In this document: positions 47,996-59,026 of the stretch, piece by piece
Layout of the letters: every line of letters starts with the position of its first letter
Numbering within the stretch: position 1 is the stretch's first letter
Assembly: GCA_036012755.1 (NCBI GenBank)
Contig: DASCPX010000059.1
Span: 32,001-96,000 of the forward strand
From: Myxococcota bacterium
GTDB taxonomy: Bacteria > Myxococcota_A > UBA796 > CAJQPC01
Reading direction: 5' to 3'
Length of the DNA stretch: 64,000 bases
Made by a program: the position numbers and the translations under genes
Notes under the pieces: model-generated
What the model saw: only the letters and a program-made list of their open reading frames with translations
The model's database searches: none
Told to the model about the DNA's origin: nothing

Positions 47996-48960
47996 CTATT
48001 CCTCTGCGAGGACGCGGCGGACCTCGTCGAAGGAGGTCAGCCCGGCCAGGGCTCGCTGGAGGCCTGCGTGCCTCATCGGGACGAAGCCCGAGCGCCGCGC
48101 GGCCTCGATGAGATCCTGGTCGTCGGCGCCGTCGCGCAGGATCTCGCGGATGTTCTCTCGGGCGCCATCATCTCGTAGACACCCACGCGTCCGCGGTAGC
48201 CGGTGCCCATGCAGTCGTCACAGCCGACCGGGCCCTTGTGGATGGCGCTCTCCAACTGCTCGGGGCTGAGCCCGTACTCCTTTTGGGCCGAGGCCGGAAT
48301 CGGTGTGGAGATCGAACACTTGGAGCAGAGCCGCCGCAGTAGCCGCTGGGCGACGATGAGCTTCACGCAGCTGGCGAGGAGGTAGGGCTCGATCTCCATG
48401 TCGAGCAGGCGATTGAAGGTCGGGATGACCCCGTTGGTGTGCAGCGTGCTGAGCAGCAGGTGGCCAGTCATCGAGGCCTTGATGGCGATCTTGCTGACCT
48501 CCTTGTCTCGCATCTCGCCGACGAGGACCACGTCCGGGTCCTGGCGGAGGATGGCTCGGAGCCCCGAAGCGAAGGTGGTGCCGTGTTGCTTGATCGGGAC
48601 GTGGTTGACGCCCTCGATCGTGGACTCGACCGGGTCCTCGACCGTCACGATATTGATGTCCGGCTCGTTGATGAAGTTGACCATGGCGTGCAGCGTCGTG
48701 GTCTTGCCCGAGCCGGTCGGCCCCGTCACGAGGATCAGCCCCTGGGACAGGCGCGTCTTCCTGCTGATCTCGGCGAACTGCTCCCTGGAGAAGCCGAACT
48801 GGCCGATGTCGGCGAGGTGCGCCTCCTTCTTGAGCAGGCGTACGACGCACTTCTCTCCGTAGCTGGTCGGGAGCGTAGAGACGCGGAAGTGGCAGGTCTC
48901 GCGCTTGTAGGAGACAGCGAGGTGACCGTCCTGGGGCCGCCGGCGCTCTGAGATGTCCAT
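47996..48960 (-). pseudogene. 5'-truncated, frameshifted GspE/PilB secretion ATPase
   Basis: DISERRRPQDG, GPTGSGKTT, GEMRD, TGH..STLHTN, CSKC/CDDC; last ~55 aa (G.TSFDEVRRV) in another frame from ~48160; N-terminal domains absent. Confidence 0.85.
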
Positions 48961-48971
48961 TCGTCTCGTGC

Positions 48972-49980
48972 GTGGGCCCGAGGGGGCTCATCGTGGTTCT
49001 TGACCTCGCCGGTGTCGACCGCGCCGAGGCCAGGCGGCTCTCCCAGCGCTACGAGCTGAAGGCGAACGAGACATACTCCAAGCTCGTGGGGGACGAGGTC
49101 GTGCTCGTGGACAGCGGTGAGATCATCGTCTGCGACGATCGCCACCTCGAGGGCGTCTTCGAAAAGGACCAGGCCTTCAACGCCTTCCGCGGCCAGGGCG
49201 TGGAGGCGCCCGGGTACAGGATCCTCGCGGCGACGGATGCGACCATACGCGTCTTCTCGCGGAGCGACTTCGACGAGCTCGTCGAGGCGCGCCCCGTCGG
49301 AGCGGGCGGGGAGAGACGGCAGAGGGCCATCGAGGCACGCGTGCGCGCCGAGACCGAGCACTTCAGGCGCCTCCGGGCTTCGGCAGACTTCATCTTCCAG
49401 GACCACGAGGCGCTGCTGAGCGAGCGACGGCCCTACATCGTGCGGGTGCGCTCCCAGGTGTGGCCCGTGTCGCAACAGACCTTTCAACCGGCCCCCAATC
49501 TCTGGGGAGTCAGCCAGTCCTACTTTGTCCTCCAGCACCTGGTCGACATCGGTCCAGAGGAGACCGGGGCCCGCTTCTCCTTCCGCCAGGCAGCCATCTG
49601 GCAGGCCGTCGTGCACTGGCGCTGGTGGTTGCCGCTGGTGCCCCCCGTCCTCGGGTTGCAGCTCCACGCCGCGTGGGAGGACAGCGTGATGGCGCTCCAG
49701 ATCAGCCGCGAGCTGGGGAACTACCCGACTCGGCTCGGGCAGGTGCTGATGGTCGACGGCGGTCGCCGTCACATCGTGCTGGTGGATGGCGAGATCATCT
49801 TCTCCGGCCCCAACCTGCAGTTCGGAAGGCCCGCCGAGCCACCGGAGTCGAGCCGGACCCGGAGATCGCTGCGGTCGATGATCCCCGAGTTCCCGATCCC
49901 GACCTTCGCCTGGCACCAGGAGCCCATGCTCGGCCCGGCGGGCACGCTCATGCGCGCGTGGCACGCTCATGCGCGCGTGG
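48972..49980 (+). pseudogene. Remnant of a cNMP-binding-like plus acetoacetate-decarboxylase-like protein
   Basis: VVLVDSGEI...ILAATDATIRVFSRSDFDELV (cNMP-like); SRELGNYPTRLG (ADC-like); loses sense at a 19-bp duplication. Confidence 0.4.
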
Positions 49981-49981
49981 C
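49941..49981. repeat. 19-bp tandem duplication
   Basis: GGCACGCTCATGCGCGCGT twice, then GGC. Confidence 0.9.
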
Positions 49982-49999
49982 GAGGCCTGGATCGAACCC

Positions 50000-50663
50000 T
50001 CAGGAGATCTTTCGGAGGACACCCGAAGCGAGGCTCTTCCGACGAGACCCCATGACCGGACCCTGGGCCAGGAGGATCCTCGTCAACCTCTTGGCGTTGC
50101 GGTCGTTCATCGGCAGGGCGGAGAGCGCGAACCGGACCTCGTCGGCGTCGAGCTCTGCGCGCTCACCGGCGAGCCAGACCTGCAGGACCCGCAACATCGA
50201 CGAGTGCGGTGCGGCGGACAGGACCCCGACGAGGAGCTGATCCGCCATGCCGAGGTCTTCGCGTGTCACCGCGGTCAGCACCGAGCGCGTCGTCTCCTTC
50301 GCGAAGTCCCCGCCATCACGCCGCTGGCGCCGACGCTCGTGGATGCGGTAGGTCCGCAGCCACCCTGCGACAGTGGTCCTGTTGCCGCACTTGCCTGTCA
50401 GCGGCAGGAGCTTCGCGCGCGCGAGGTCATTAGGGGCGGAGCTGTAGAACGGTCGTCAGGAACTCCTTCGAGAGCGCTGCTGGGCGGTGGATGCCCCAGA
50501 CGTCGTCGCGAACTCCTGCCAACACGGCGAGCGGGGAGACCGTCCTCACCAGTTCCCTCCAATCTTCGCCCTTCTCGCGCCTGGCGATGCTGATCTTGAC
50601 CTCGTGGCTTGGAAGATCCGTCTGCTCCAGCACGCGGCGACTTCGAGGGATTGCGACCGTCAT
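50000..50663 (-). pseudogene. Frameshifted hypothetical helical protein
   Basis: ORF 50430..50663 appears to continue after a shift near 50450 into the frame ending at 50000. Confidence 0.4.
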
Positions 50664-50745
50664 GGATGGCCCTCCTGCGGTCCATTGTCAGCCGTGGATC
50701 CCCGGGGACGTCCTTTCACGAGAGTGAAGTGAAAGCCTACTCCGG

Positions 50746-50790
50746 TTCAGAGTTGACTGAACATTGTGAACGGCGTAATAAATTCATAAT
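50746..50790 (+). promoter_or_regulatory. AT-rich promoter with TTCAG-N6-CTGAA inverted repeat
   Basis: TTCAGAGTTGACTGAA overlapping TTGACT; TAATAA and CATAAT downstream. Confidence 0.55.
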
Positions 50791-50798
50791 AAACGGGA

Positions 50799-51092
50799 AT
50801 GAACGCCACTTCATCGAGCGCGTGGGACTCTTCTACGAAGGGGTCGGGTGCCCCAGGATGGCGGGGCGCGGTCTGCACGATCCGCGAGGGCTGCTGGTCC
50901 AACGTGCTCGAGTTCAAGCTGCGCAACAACACCGCCTTCCTCCAGATCGCGGAGGAGGGCCTCGATATACTCGCGGACGCCGAGCCGAACCGGCGCGTCC
51001 GGCTGGAGGAGGTCCACGACCTCTACTCCTTCTTCGACGAGGAACTCCCCGCCCTCATGGCTCGTTGGCGGGCACGAAAGGAGAAGGCATGA
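50799..51092 (+). pseudogene. GbsR/MarR-like repressor with the DNA-binding core deleted
   Basis: ERHFIERVGLFYEGVGCPRMAGR in one frame joins IREGCWS...RLEEVHDLYSFFDEELPALMARW in another; HTH/wing missing. Confidence 0.7.
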
Positions 51093-51805
51093 TCCTGGCG
51101 CTCATCGGCGTGGTCCTCGCGGACGACACCGAGGACATCATTCGACTGCTCGACGCGACTGACGACCTCGCCCGCGGCGAGTCTTCGGTGGCGACGCTCA
51201 CGATGGAGGTCAAGACCGCTCGCTACGAGCGCAGCGTGACCATGAAGGCGTGGTCCAAGGGCACCGAGAAGTCCCTCATCGTCATCGAGTCCCCCGCCAA
51301 GGAGAAGGGCGTGGCGACGCTCAAGGTGGATGACGACATCTGGAACTACCTGCCCAAGGTCGACCGCACGATGAAGATCCCCGCCGCGATGATGGGCGGC
51401 GCGTGGATGGGCTCCCACATCACGAACGACGACATCGTGAAGGGCTCGCGAATGTCCGAGGACTACACGGCGAAGCTCCTGGAGCGCCCAGAGGACGGCG
51501 CCGACCGCTACGTCATCGAGCTCGTGCCGAACCCGGACGCGCCGGTGGTCTGGGGCAAGGTCGTGGTGACCGTCGGCGGCGACGAGCTGCCCGTGTCCAC
51601 CGAGTTCTTCGACGAGAAGGGCAACATCGTGCGCACGATGCTCTACCAGGACGTGCGCACCCTGGACGGGCGCACGATGCCCACGACCTTCATGGTGGTC
51701 CCCGCCGACCACCCCGACGAGTACACGAAGATCCGCTACGACGACATCGACTTCGACGTGGACCTGCCGGAGCAGACCTTCACGCTGCAGGCGCTGAAGC
51801 AGTGA
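51089..51805 (+). CDS. LolA-like outer membrane lipoprotein-sorting protein
   Basis: PAKEKG.ATLK, WNYLPKVDR, WMGSHITNDD. Confidence 0.85.
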   Translation: MILALIGVVLADDTEDIIRLLDATDDLARGESSVATLTMEVKTARYERSVTMKAWSKGTEKSLIVIESPAKEKGVATLKVDDDIWNYLPKVDRTMKIPAAMMGGAWMGSHITNDDIVKGSRMSEDYTAKLLERPEDGADRYVIELVPNPDAPVVWGKVVVTVGGDELPVSTEFFDEKGNIVRTMLYQDVRTLDGRTMPTTFMVVPADHPDEYTKIRYDDIDFDVDLPEQTFTLQALKQ

Positions 51806-53019
51806 GGTTCCTCCTTGCAATGGCCTGGCGCAATCTCTGGCGTCAGTCCCGCCGCAGCATGCTCACAGCGGTCGCGATGGGTCTCGCGGTGGCCCTCTGC
51901 CTCGCTTCGGTGGCCCTGACCGAGGGGATCTACGCGACCATGGGCGACGCGCTCGTCACCCAGAGCCTCGGGCACGTGCAGCTCCACCACGCCGAGTACC
52001 CCACGACGAAGCAGCCCTGGCTCACCATCGAGGACGAGGGCCTCGTCGACCGGATCTCGGGACTGGAGGAGGTCGAGGGGGTCACAGCCCGACTCTATGG
52101 GCAGGCCCTGCTCGGAAACGAAGAGGACAGCTCCGGGGCCATCCTCGTCGGCATCGAGCCTGGCCGCGAGCTCGACATCTTCCCCCTCGACGACAAGGTG
52201 GTCGAGGGACGCTTCCTGGCCGAGGACGCCGCCTTGGAGGTCGTGCTCGGCGAGGGGCTCGCTGACGACCTCGACGTCGGGGTGGGTGACCAGGTGGTGA
52301 TCATCACCCAGGCCACCGACGGCTCCCTCGGCAACGCGGCGCTGGAGATCGTGGGAGTGGTCCGGAGCGGCCGGACCACCATGGATCGCTCGGGAGCCTG
52401 GCTTCACCTCTGGGACCTCCAGGGGGTGCTGGCGCTGGAGGGCCAGGTGCACGAGATCCTGGTGATCGGCCCGGATCCCGAGGAGTCCGGAGCGCTGCTC
52501 GCTGACATCGAGGACCTTGGGACCGGCGATCTGCTCGTCCGCACCTGGCAGGCCGCGAGCCCGTCGACCGCCCAGATGATGGCCATGCAGGACGTCTCGA
52601 CGATGATCTTCCTAGGCATCATCTTCGGCGTCGCGGCGCTGGGTGTGCTCAACACGATGCTGATGGCGGTCTTCGAGCGCACACGCGAGCTCGGCTTGAT
52701 GAAGGCGTTGGGGCTGACACCCCTGCGCATGGTGGCACTGGTCCTGACCGAGTCGGCGCTGTTGGCGCTGTTGTCCTGCGTCTTCGGAGGCGCGCTCGGC
52801 GGGCTGCTCGACTGGTACCTGGTGACAGAGGGCCTCGACTTCGGCGCCGGCTTCGACGGCATGGGGGTCACCTTCGATCCCGTCATCAAGGGCAGGGTCA
52901 CCCTCCTCGGCATCGCCCAGGTGCTCTCGAGCCTCTTCGTCATCTGCGTGCTCGCCTCGGTGTGGCCCGCGGTCCGGGCGGCGCGCCTGCGCCCGGTCGA
53001 GTCCATGAGGAGCATCTGA
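51802..53019 (+). CDS. FtsX/LolE-like ABC permease
   Basis: AWRNLWR, NTMLMAVFERTRELG, PAVRAARLRPVE. Confidence 0.92.
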   Translation: MRFLLAMAWRNLWRQSRRSMLTAVAMGLAVALCLASVALTEGIYATMGDALVTQSLGHVQLHHAEYPTTKQPWLTIEDEGLVDRISGLEEVEGVTARLYGQALLGNEEDSSGAILVGIEPGRELDIFPLDDKVVEGRFLAEDAALEVVLGEGLADDLDVGVGDQVVIITQATDGSLGNAALEIVGVVRSGRTTMDRSGAWLHLWDLQGVLALEGQVHEILVIGPDPEESGALLADIEDLGTGDLLVRTWQAASPSTAQMMAMQDVSTMIFLGIIFGVAALGVLNTMLMAVFERTRELGLMKALGLTPLRMVALVLTESALLALLSCVFGGALGGLLDWYLVTEGLDFGAGFDGMGVTFDPVIKGRVTLLGIAQVLSSLFVICVLASVWPAVRAARLRPVESMRSI

Positions 53020-54236
53020 TGTTGCTGAAGCTCGCAGCCCGCAACCTCATCCGCCACCGGCGGCGCACGGGGATCACGGTCTTCGCCATCGCCGGCGGCC
53101 TGGCCCTGATGGTCCTGTCGATCACGGTCGGCAACGGCGTCTACGTCGAGATGCTCGACCAGGGCATCACGAAGCAGGCAGGCCACGTCGTGGTCCAGGC
53201 GATCGGCTTCCAGGACGAGCGGGAGCGCCACCAGGTGGTCGAGAACGCCCCCGACATCGAAGCCGCCCTCCTGGAGGCCGCCCCCGACGGCAAGGTGCTC
53301 TCCCGCACCTGGCTCCGCGGGCTCTTGACCTCGACGACCAACGCGGTCGGAGCGGCGGTGGCCGGGGTCCAGCCCTCCGCCGAGATCGATGTGACGGACT
53401 GGGACGAGAAGCTGGTCGAGGGGGAGTGGCTCGCCGACGACGACGAGCGCGGCATCGTGCTGGGTGCCGGACTCGCCCAGAGCCTCGGGGTGGAGCTCGG
53501 CGACAAGGTCGTCTTGATGGTGCAGGGGGACGACGAGGTCGACTCGCGCCTGTTCCGGGTACGCGGGGTGCTCTCGACAGGCTCCGCCGACATCGACGGC
53601 TTCCTCGCCATGGCCCACATCGACGCGACGCGAGAGCTCCTGCCCGGCATCGAGCCGGCCCACCAGGTCAGCCTCCACCTCGAAGAGGACACCAGCCTGC
53701 AGCTCGCCGGGGTGCTCCAGGTCCCGGACGGCAGCGAGGTGCTCACCTGGAAGGAGGCCCTGCCAGAGCTTGTCGAGTACATCCGGATCGACCGGAAATC
53801 CAACGACGTCTTCATGATCATCATCGGGCTGATCGTCACCATCGGCGTGCTGAACACGGTCTTGATGTCCGTCCTGGAGCGCGTGCGCGAGTTCGGCGTG
53901 ATGCTGGCGGTGGGCATGACGCCCGGGCGGCTCTTCACCCTGGTCGTGACCGAGGGCTTGCTGCTGGGGCTCGTCGGCATGGCGCTCGGTGTGCTCGGTG
54001 GCGCGGCGCTGTCCTACCCCCTGGTCACGAGCGGTCTCGACTACACGGGCATGATGGGTGGGGACAACATCGACGTCAGCGGGGTGACCGTCAGCATGGT
54101 CATCTACGGCGTCTACGACTGGCTGCGCGTCGCCCACTACGCCCTCGGGGCCGTCCTGCTGACCCTGTCGTCCACCCTGTACCCCGCCATCAAGGCCTCC
54201 CGGCTCCAGCCGGTCGACGCCATGCGGCACATCTGA
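53019..54236 (+). CDS. Second FtsX/LolE-like ABC permease
   Basis: ARNLIRHRRRT, NTVLMSVLERVREFG, YPAIKASRLQPVDA. Confidence 0.92.
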   Translation: MLLKLAARNLIRHRRRTGITVFAIAGGLALMVLSITVGNGVYVEMLDQGITKQAGHVVVQAIGFQDERERHQVVENAPDIEAALLEAAPDGKVLSRTWLRGLLTSTTNAVGAAVAGVQPSAEIDVTDWDEKLVEGEWLADDDERGIVLGAGLAQSLGVELGDKVVLMVQGDDEVDSRLFRVRGVLSTGSADIDGFLAMAHIDATRELLPGIEPAHQVSLHLEEDTSLQLAGVLQVPDGSEVLTWKEALPELVEYIRIDRKSNDVFMIIIGLIVTIGVLNTVLMSVLERVREFGVMLAVGMTPGRLFTLVVTEGLLLGLVGMALGVLGGAALSYPLVTSGLDYTGMMGGDNIDVSGVTVSMVIYGVYDWLRVAHYALGAVLLTLSSTLYPAIKASRLQPVDAMRHI

Positions 54237-54244
54237 GAGGAAGC

Positions 54245-54928
54245 ATGTCGATTGTCTCGGTGCGCGGAGCGACGCGCGACTACACCCAGGGCGAGCACAC
54301 CGTCCACGCCCTCCGTGGCGTCGATCTGGACGTGGAGAGCGGCGAGTTCACCGTCTTGATGGGCCCCTCGGGCAGCGGCAAGACGACGCTCTTGAACCTC
54401 ATCGGGGGGCTCGACGAGCCCAGCGGCGGCACCATCCAGGTCGAGGGCAAGGACCTCGCGGCGATGACCGGCGGCGAGCGCAGTCGGCTGAGGCTCAAGC
54501 GCCTGGGCTTCGTCTTCCAGGCCTACAACCTCATCCCGGTGCTGTCCGCCTTCGAGAACGTCGAGTTCGTGCTGGAGATGGCGGGCATGCCCGCCGCCGA
54601 GCGACGAGAGCGCGTAATGGAGACCCTGGCGAGCGTGGGACTGGCCGGGATGGAGCACCGTCGGCCGGACCAGCTCTCCGGTGGGCAGCAACAGCGCGTC
54701 GCGGTAGCCCGGGCCATCGCGAGCAAGCCCGCGCTGGTGCTCGCGGACGAGCCCACGGCGAACCTCGACAGCAAGACCGGCACGGAGCTCGTCGAGCTCA
54801 TGCGCGAGCTGAACGAGGAGCAAGGCGTCACCTTCGTCTTCGCGACCCACGACCCCAAGGTGATGGAGCGCGCCAAGCGCATCGTGCGCCTGGTCGATGG
54901 CAGCGTAGAGAGCGACGAGATCAAGTGA
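54245..54928 (+). CDS. LolD/MacB-like ABC ATPase
   Basis: GPSGSGKT, LSGGQQQRVA, LADEPT, ATHD. Confidence 0.95.
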   Translation: MSIVSVRGATRDYTQGEHTVHALRGVDLDVESGEFTVLMGPSGSGKTTLLNLIGGLDEPSGGTIQVEGKDLAAMTGGERSRLRLKRLGFVFQAYNLIPVLSAFENVEFVLEMAGMPAAERRERVMETLASVGLAGMEHRRPDQLSGGQQQRVAVARAIASKPALVLADEPTANLDSKTGTELVELMRELNEEQGVTFVFATHDPKVMERAKRIVRLVDGSVESDEIK

Positions 54929-55938
54929 TCTGGCTCTGCGGGCTGGCCCTCGGGGCAGACCTCGACGCAGGCGCGGACGTGAAGGTCTTCGCGGTCGGAG
55001 TGGTCCTTCCGGAGCCGCTGGATCCCTTCTCTTCGAGCGTCCTGGATGTCCGCGGCAAGCTGGACGCCGAGGTGGGGCCGCTGGACGGCGAGCTCCACGG
55101 GACCGCCGGCGCCGGCGCTGCCGACCTGCCCCTCGGCGTGGGACTCGGCGAGGACGAGCTGGTCGACCTGTCGTGGTCTGGCGACTACGCCCGGGCCCGG
55201 ATCGACCGGGCCTCTGTGCGCTACCGGCGAGACCATCTCGATGTGCGCGTGGGTCGACAGCCCGTCAGCTTCGGCACGGGCTACATCTTCCGCCCCATGG
55301 ACCTCGTCGCGGCCTTCTCGGGGACAGAGGTCGACCAGGAGTACAAGCCTGGCGTCGACGCGGCCCGGGTGGATGCCTACGCCGGGGTGTCCAACACGAT
55401 GTCCCTGGTGCTGGCCTACGACCGGCGCGCCCTGGTCTACGGCCAGACCACCCTGAGGGGCTGGGACGTGGGCGCGATGGGCGCTGCGCTCGACGGCTGG
55501 CGACTCGCCGGCCTGGTCACCTCCGGCGCCGTCGGACCGGTCGGGGTGCGCGCGGAGGCCACCGTCGACGCGGACCAGGAGGTGCGCGCGGCCCTGGGGC
55601 TGGATGTGCGCTTCGGGCGCGGCTACCTCGCGGCGGAGGGCTACTTCCAGACCGAGCCTCCCGACAACTACTGGCTGACCGGACGGAGCTACGCCGCGGT
55701 CTCGGGGTCCTTCGAGATCGTCCCGCTCTGGAACGCGTCTGTTGCGGTCATCGCCAACGTGGAGGAGCCCTCTGCGCTGTTGGTGCCCGGGATCTCCTGG
55801 TCCGTCGCCGACAACGCCGAGCTCACCGGGAGCGGCTTCATCGGCCTCGGCGAGCGCCCCGACGACTTCTTCGTGCCCCAGTCCGAGTTCGGCACGCTCC
55901 CGGCCGCCGGGGTGCTCGCCATGAAGGCCTGGTTCTGA
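54925..55938 (+). CDS. Probable outer-membrane beta-barrel of the ABC operon
   Basis: IDRA, VGRQ..SFG.G, GVDA motifs; terminal KAWF. Confidence 0.75.
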   Translation: MIWLCGLALGADLDAGADVKVFAVGVVLPEPLDPFSSSVLDVRGKLDAEVGPLDGELHGTAGAGAADLPLGVGLGEDELVDLSWSGDYARARIDRASVRYRRDHLDVRVGRQPVSFGTGYIFRPMDLVAAFSGTEVDQEYKPGVDAARVDAYAGVSNTMSLVLAYDRRALVYGQTTLRGWDVGAMGAALDGWRLAGLVTSGAVGPVGVRAEATVDADQEVRAALGLDVRFGRGYLAAEGYFQTEPPDNYWLTGRSYAAVSGSFEIVPLWNASVAVIANVEEPSALLVPGISWSVADNAELTGSGFIGLGERPDDFFVPQSEFGTLPAAGVLAMKAWF

Positions 55939-56020
55939 GGGATCAGCGGCTCCCGACTCCGAGCTGGCTTTCGATTTCGAGGTTGCCGATCTGAGTGCCA
56001 GGGCGGATGATCACGCCGCC

Positions 56021-57997
56021 ATGCTACTCGCGCTCCTCACCCTCGCCTGCCGCAACAAGGACCCCCTCGACACCGGAGGCGTCATCGACAGCTCGCCGCC
56101 CGAGGCCGTCGACGCGGACGCCGACAACTACGACGCGGACGAAGACTGCGACGACCACAACGACACGGTCTACCCGGGCGCCGAAGAGGTCCCCTACGAC
56201 GGCCTCGACAACGACTGCGACCCGGAGACCCCCGACGATGACCTCGACGGCGACGGCTTCGGCGAGGCCGAGGACTGCGACGACACCGACGCGGCGGTGA
56301 ACCCGGATGCGACGGAGGCGTGCAACGGCCTCGACGACGACTGCGACGGCGAGGTCGACGACGCGGCGGGCGACCTCTGGTACTCCGACGCCGACGAGGA
56401 CGGCTACGGCGACCCGGACACCGAGACCCGGAGCTGCGACGGCGAGACAGGCCAGGTGGCCGATGGCACGGACTGCGACGACACCGACGCCAGCTCCTTC
56501 CCAGGCGGTGAGGAGGTCTGCGACGAAGCAGACAACAACTGTGACGGCACGGTCGACGAGGGGGTGCAGACCACTTTCTACGTCGACGTGGACGGTGACG
56601 GCGAGGGCAGCACCGACGGCACGGCCGAGGCCTGTGACACTCCGACGGGCTACGCCGACAACGCTGACGACTGCGACGACGGCGACGCGTCGATCTCGAC
56701 TCATGCCACCGAGCTCTGCGACGGGGTCGACAACGACTGCGACGGGGACATCGACGAGGACGACGCCGCCGACGCCACCACCTGGTACGAAGACGGCGAC
56801 AGCGACAGCTACGGCAACCCGGACAGCACGACCGACAGCTGCGAGCAGCCCAGCGGGTACGTCGACAACGACGACGACTGCGACGACACCGACGCCGATC
56901 TCAACCCGGAGACGACCTGGTACCTGGACGCCGACGGAGACGGCTACGGTCGCAGCGACATCACCTTGGAGAGCTGCGAGCAGCCCAAGAACTACGTCGA
57001 CGACGACACCGACTGCGACGACACCTCAGAGGACGTCTCCCCGGAGGGGACCGAGATCTGCAACTCGGGGGTCGACGACGACTGCAACGGCGTGGCCGAC
57101 GACGACGACAGCGGCGTGACCGACCCCGAGACCTGGTACGCGGACAGCGACAGCGACGGCTACGGCGACTCCAGCTCCACCGACGAGGCCTGCGAGCAGC
57201 CCAGCGGGTACGTCGAGGACGACACCGACTGCGACGACACGGCGGACGACGTGAACCCTGGCGCCGACGAGGAGTGCGACGCCACCGATCACGACTGCGA
57301 CGGGGACGACGGGCTGGAGACCTGCGAGGACTGCAACGCCATCCTCACGGCGGACTCGACCTCCACCGACGGGGTCTACACCATCGACCTCGACGGCACG
57401 GGGACCTCGGGCTTCGAGGTCTACTGCGACATGACCCTCGACGGGGGCGGCTGGACGCTGTGGTGGTGGTACGAGGGCGGTGCCGGCATGAGCGCCGTCA
57501 CCGACGTGCTCGGAGAAGAGGAGCTCTGGGACTGCGACCCCTCCAGCGACACGAGCTGCTTCTCGACCCTGCCGGTGTCCAGCCCCTCGGAGCTGATGGT
57601 CACGAACCAGGCCGGGAACTGGGCCGTGTGGGAGTTCGACTCCGGCAACGACACTTCCAACAACATCCTCGGCGCCTTCACGAGCCAGACCACGGTGACG
57701 CGCTCGACCTCGTCGGCTTGCGGTGACGCCTGGAATCCGGTGGCCCAGGACGGCACGATGACGGACGACCCCTACACCTGCGACGAGAACAACAACTCCG
57801 ATCCCGGCTGCGACTGCTTCTGGTACGACAGCTACAGCGGGGTCTACAGCTTCTACCTCGACGACGACACGGGCTGGGCCGAGACCGCCTTCGGGGCCGG
57901 CTACGACAACTCCGGAACCCTGGGAGTGGACAGCCTCGAGACGAGCTATCGGTACCACTCGACGACCAGCTACGACCTCTGGATGTACTGGCGCTGA
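56021..57997 (+). CDS. Lipoprotein with MopE-like metal-binding repeats and a fibrinogen-like C-terminal domain
   Basis: Many DCDD...P.A.E.C.G.DNDCDG and WY.D.D.DGYG repeats; DGVYTID...YCDMTLDGGGWT. Confidence 0.88.
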   Translation: MLLALLTLACRNKDPLDTGGVIDSSPPEAVDADADNYDADEDCDDHNDTVYPGAEEVPYDGLDNDCDPETPDDDLDGDGFGEAEDCDDTDAAVNPDATEACNGLDDDCDGEVDDAAGDLWYSDADEDGYGDPDTETRSCDGETGQVADGTDCDDTDASSFPGGEEVCDEADNNCDGTVDEGVQTTFYVDVDGDGEGSTDGTAEACDTPTGYADNADDCDDGDASISTHATELCDGVDNDCDGDIDEDDAADATTWYEDGDSDSYGNPDSTTDSCEQPSGYVDNDDDCDDTDADLNPETTWYLDADGDGYGRSDITLESCEQPKNYVDDDTDCDDTSEDVSPEGTEICNSGVDDDCNGVADDDDSGVTDPETWYADSDSDGYGDSSSTDEACEQPSGYVEDDTDCDDTADDVNPGADEECDATDHDCDGDDGLETCEDCNAILTADSTSTDGVYTIDLDGTGTSGFEVYCDMTLDGGGWTLWWWYEGGAGMSAVTDVLGEEELWDCDPSSDTSCFSTLPVSSPSELMVTNQAGNWAVWEFDSGNDTSNNILGAFTSQTTVTRSTSSACGDAWNPVAQDGTMTDDPYTCDENNNSDPGCDCFWYDSYSGVYSFYLDDDTGWAETAFGAGYDNSGTLGVDSLETSYRYHSTTSYDLWMYWR

Positions 57998-58009
57998 CCG
58001 GGACGGACC

Positions 58010-58468
58010 GTGCTCTTGATGCTGCTGGCCTGCGAAGCTGGCGATGACACGGGGAGCGACCCTTGCGCTCCGGGCGGAGAGCCGACACTGCGGATCGGCG
58101 TCGGCGAGGTCACCTTCGAGGAGGTGCCAGACGGCGACGTGGAGCTCATCCACGGGCCGCAGGGGGGCTACCACGTCGTGTTGGCGCTCGAGGCCACGCA
58201 CTTCGACCAGGACGAGCAGCTCCTGGGCGTGCTCAGCGGAACCGTCGGTGGCGAGGAACTCGCCCACACGGAGCCCTTCGTGACCCTGCGCTGCAACCCG
58301 ACGGCGGAGGCGCAGCAGGTCTGGAACCTCTTCCTGATCATCGACGAGGATCTGGGGCCAGAGGACGTGCACGGAAGCACCATGGAGGTGCTGGCCTCGC
58401 TCTCGGGCGCATCGACGAGCGCTGAGGCCGAGGCTGAGATCCTTGTGAACTACCCAGATCTGGAGTGA
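58010..58468 (+). CDS. Lipoprotein
   Basis: MLLMLLAC; IGVGE..F, HGPQGGYHV. Confidence 0.75.
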   Translation: MLLMLLACEAGDDTGSDPCAPGGEPTLRIGVGEVTFEEVPDGDVELIHGPQGGYHVVLALEATHFDQDEQLLGVLSGTVGGEELAHTEPFVTLRCNPTAEAQQVWNLFLIIDEDLGPEDVHGSTMEVLASLSGASTSAEAEAEILVNYPDLE

Positions 58469-59026
58469 ATCCGGTACCCTTGGCGGGCACGGCCCGAGGA
58501 TGGGGATTCGCGGGAGGGCCACTTGGTCCGATCGAACTGGAGCCTGGGTGACACGGTCCGCCGCTGCGGGCCGCTGACGCTGCACGAGGCCACCCGATCG
58601 GGTCGGCTCGCTGGTCACGCCTGGCGCTGCCGCGGACCCAAGAAGCTGCGGGAGCTCTTCATGAGCCGCAGCAGTGTCCTCGGCGAGGCAGCCGTTGCGG
58701 GGCTCCGCGTCTCCACGAAGGTGAGCACGACGAACAAGGGCTCCCCCTTCCGGATCGACGCGCTCCCCGCCGGAGCTCCAGCCCTCGTCTGCCTGGAGGA
58801 TGTCCGCTTCGATGACGAGGACATCCGGGAGATCCTGGGGCGAGCGGCGCTGACCCTCCGCGATCTCCACGACGTCGGGAGGGCGCCCCGTAGTCGCCGA
58901 GACCCCACTGGCCGGTGACTTCGGTACCCCAGGGGTCGCGAACGACTGCAACTGACACCAGCCCGGATCACAGGCTGGTGGATGCGCCCATGGTGATCGT
59001 GCTCCGTACACACACGCGGAGGTGCG

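Noticed and set aside
55941..55994. Possible terminator hairpin after the ABC operon
   Set aside because: Pairing is imperfect and no U-tract follows the stem
56100..57330. Repeats as a possible CRISPR or non-coding array
   Set aside because: Degenerate in-frame protein repeats without identical repeat-spacer structure or cas genes
58523..58918. Possible kinase N-lobe remnant
   Set aside because: No convincing kinase motif; too weak to call
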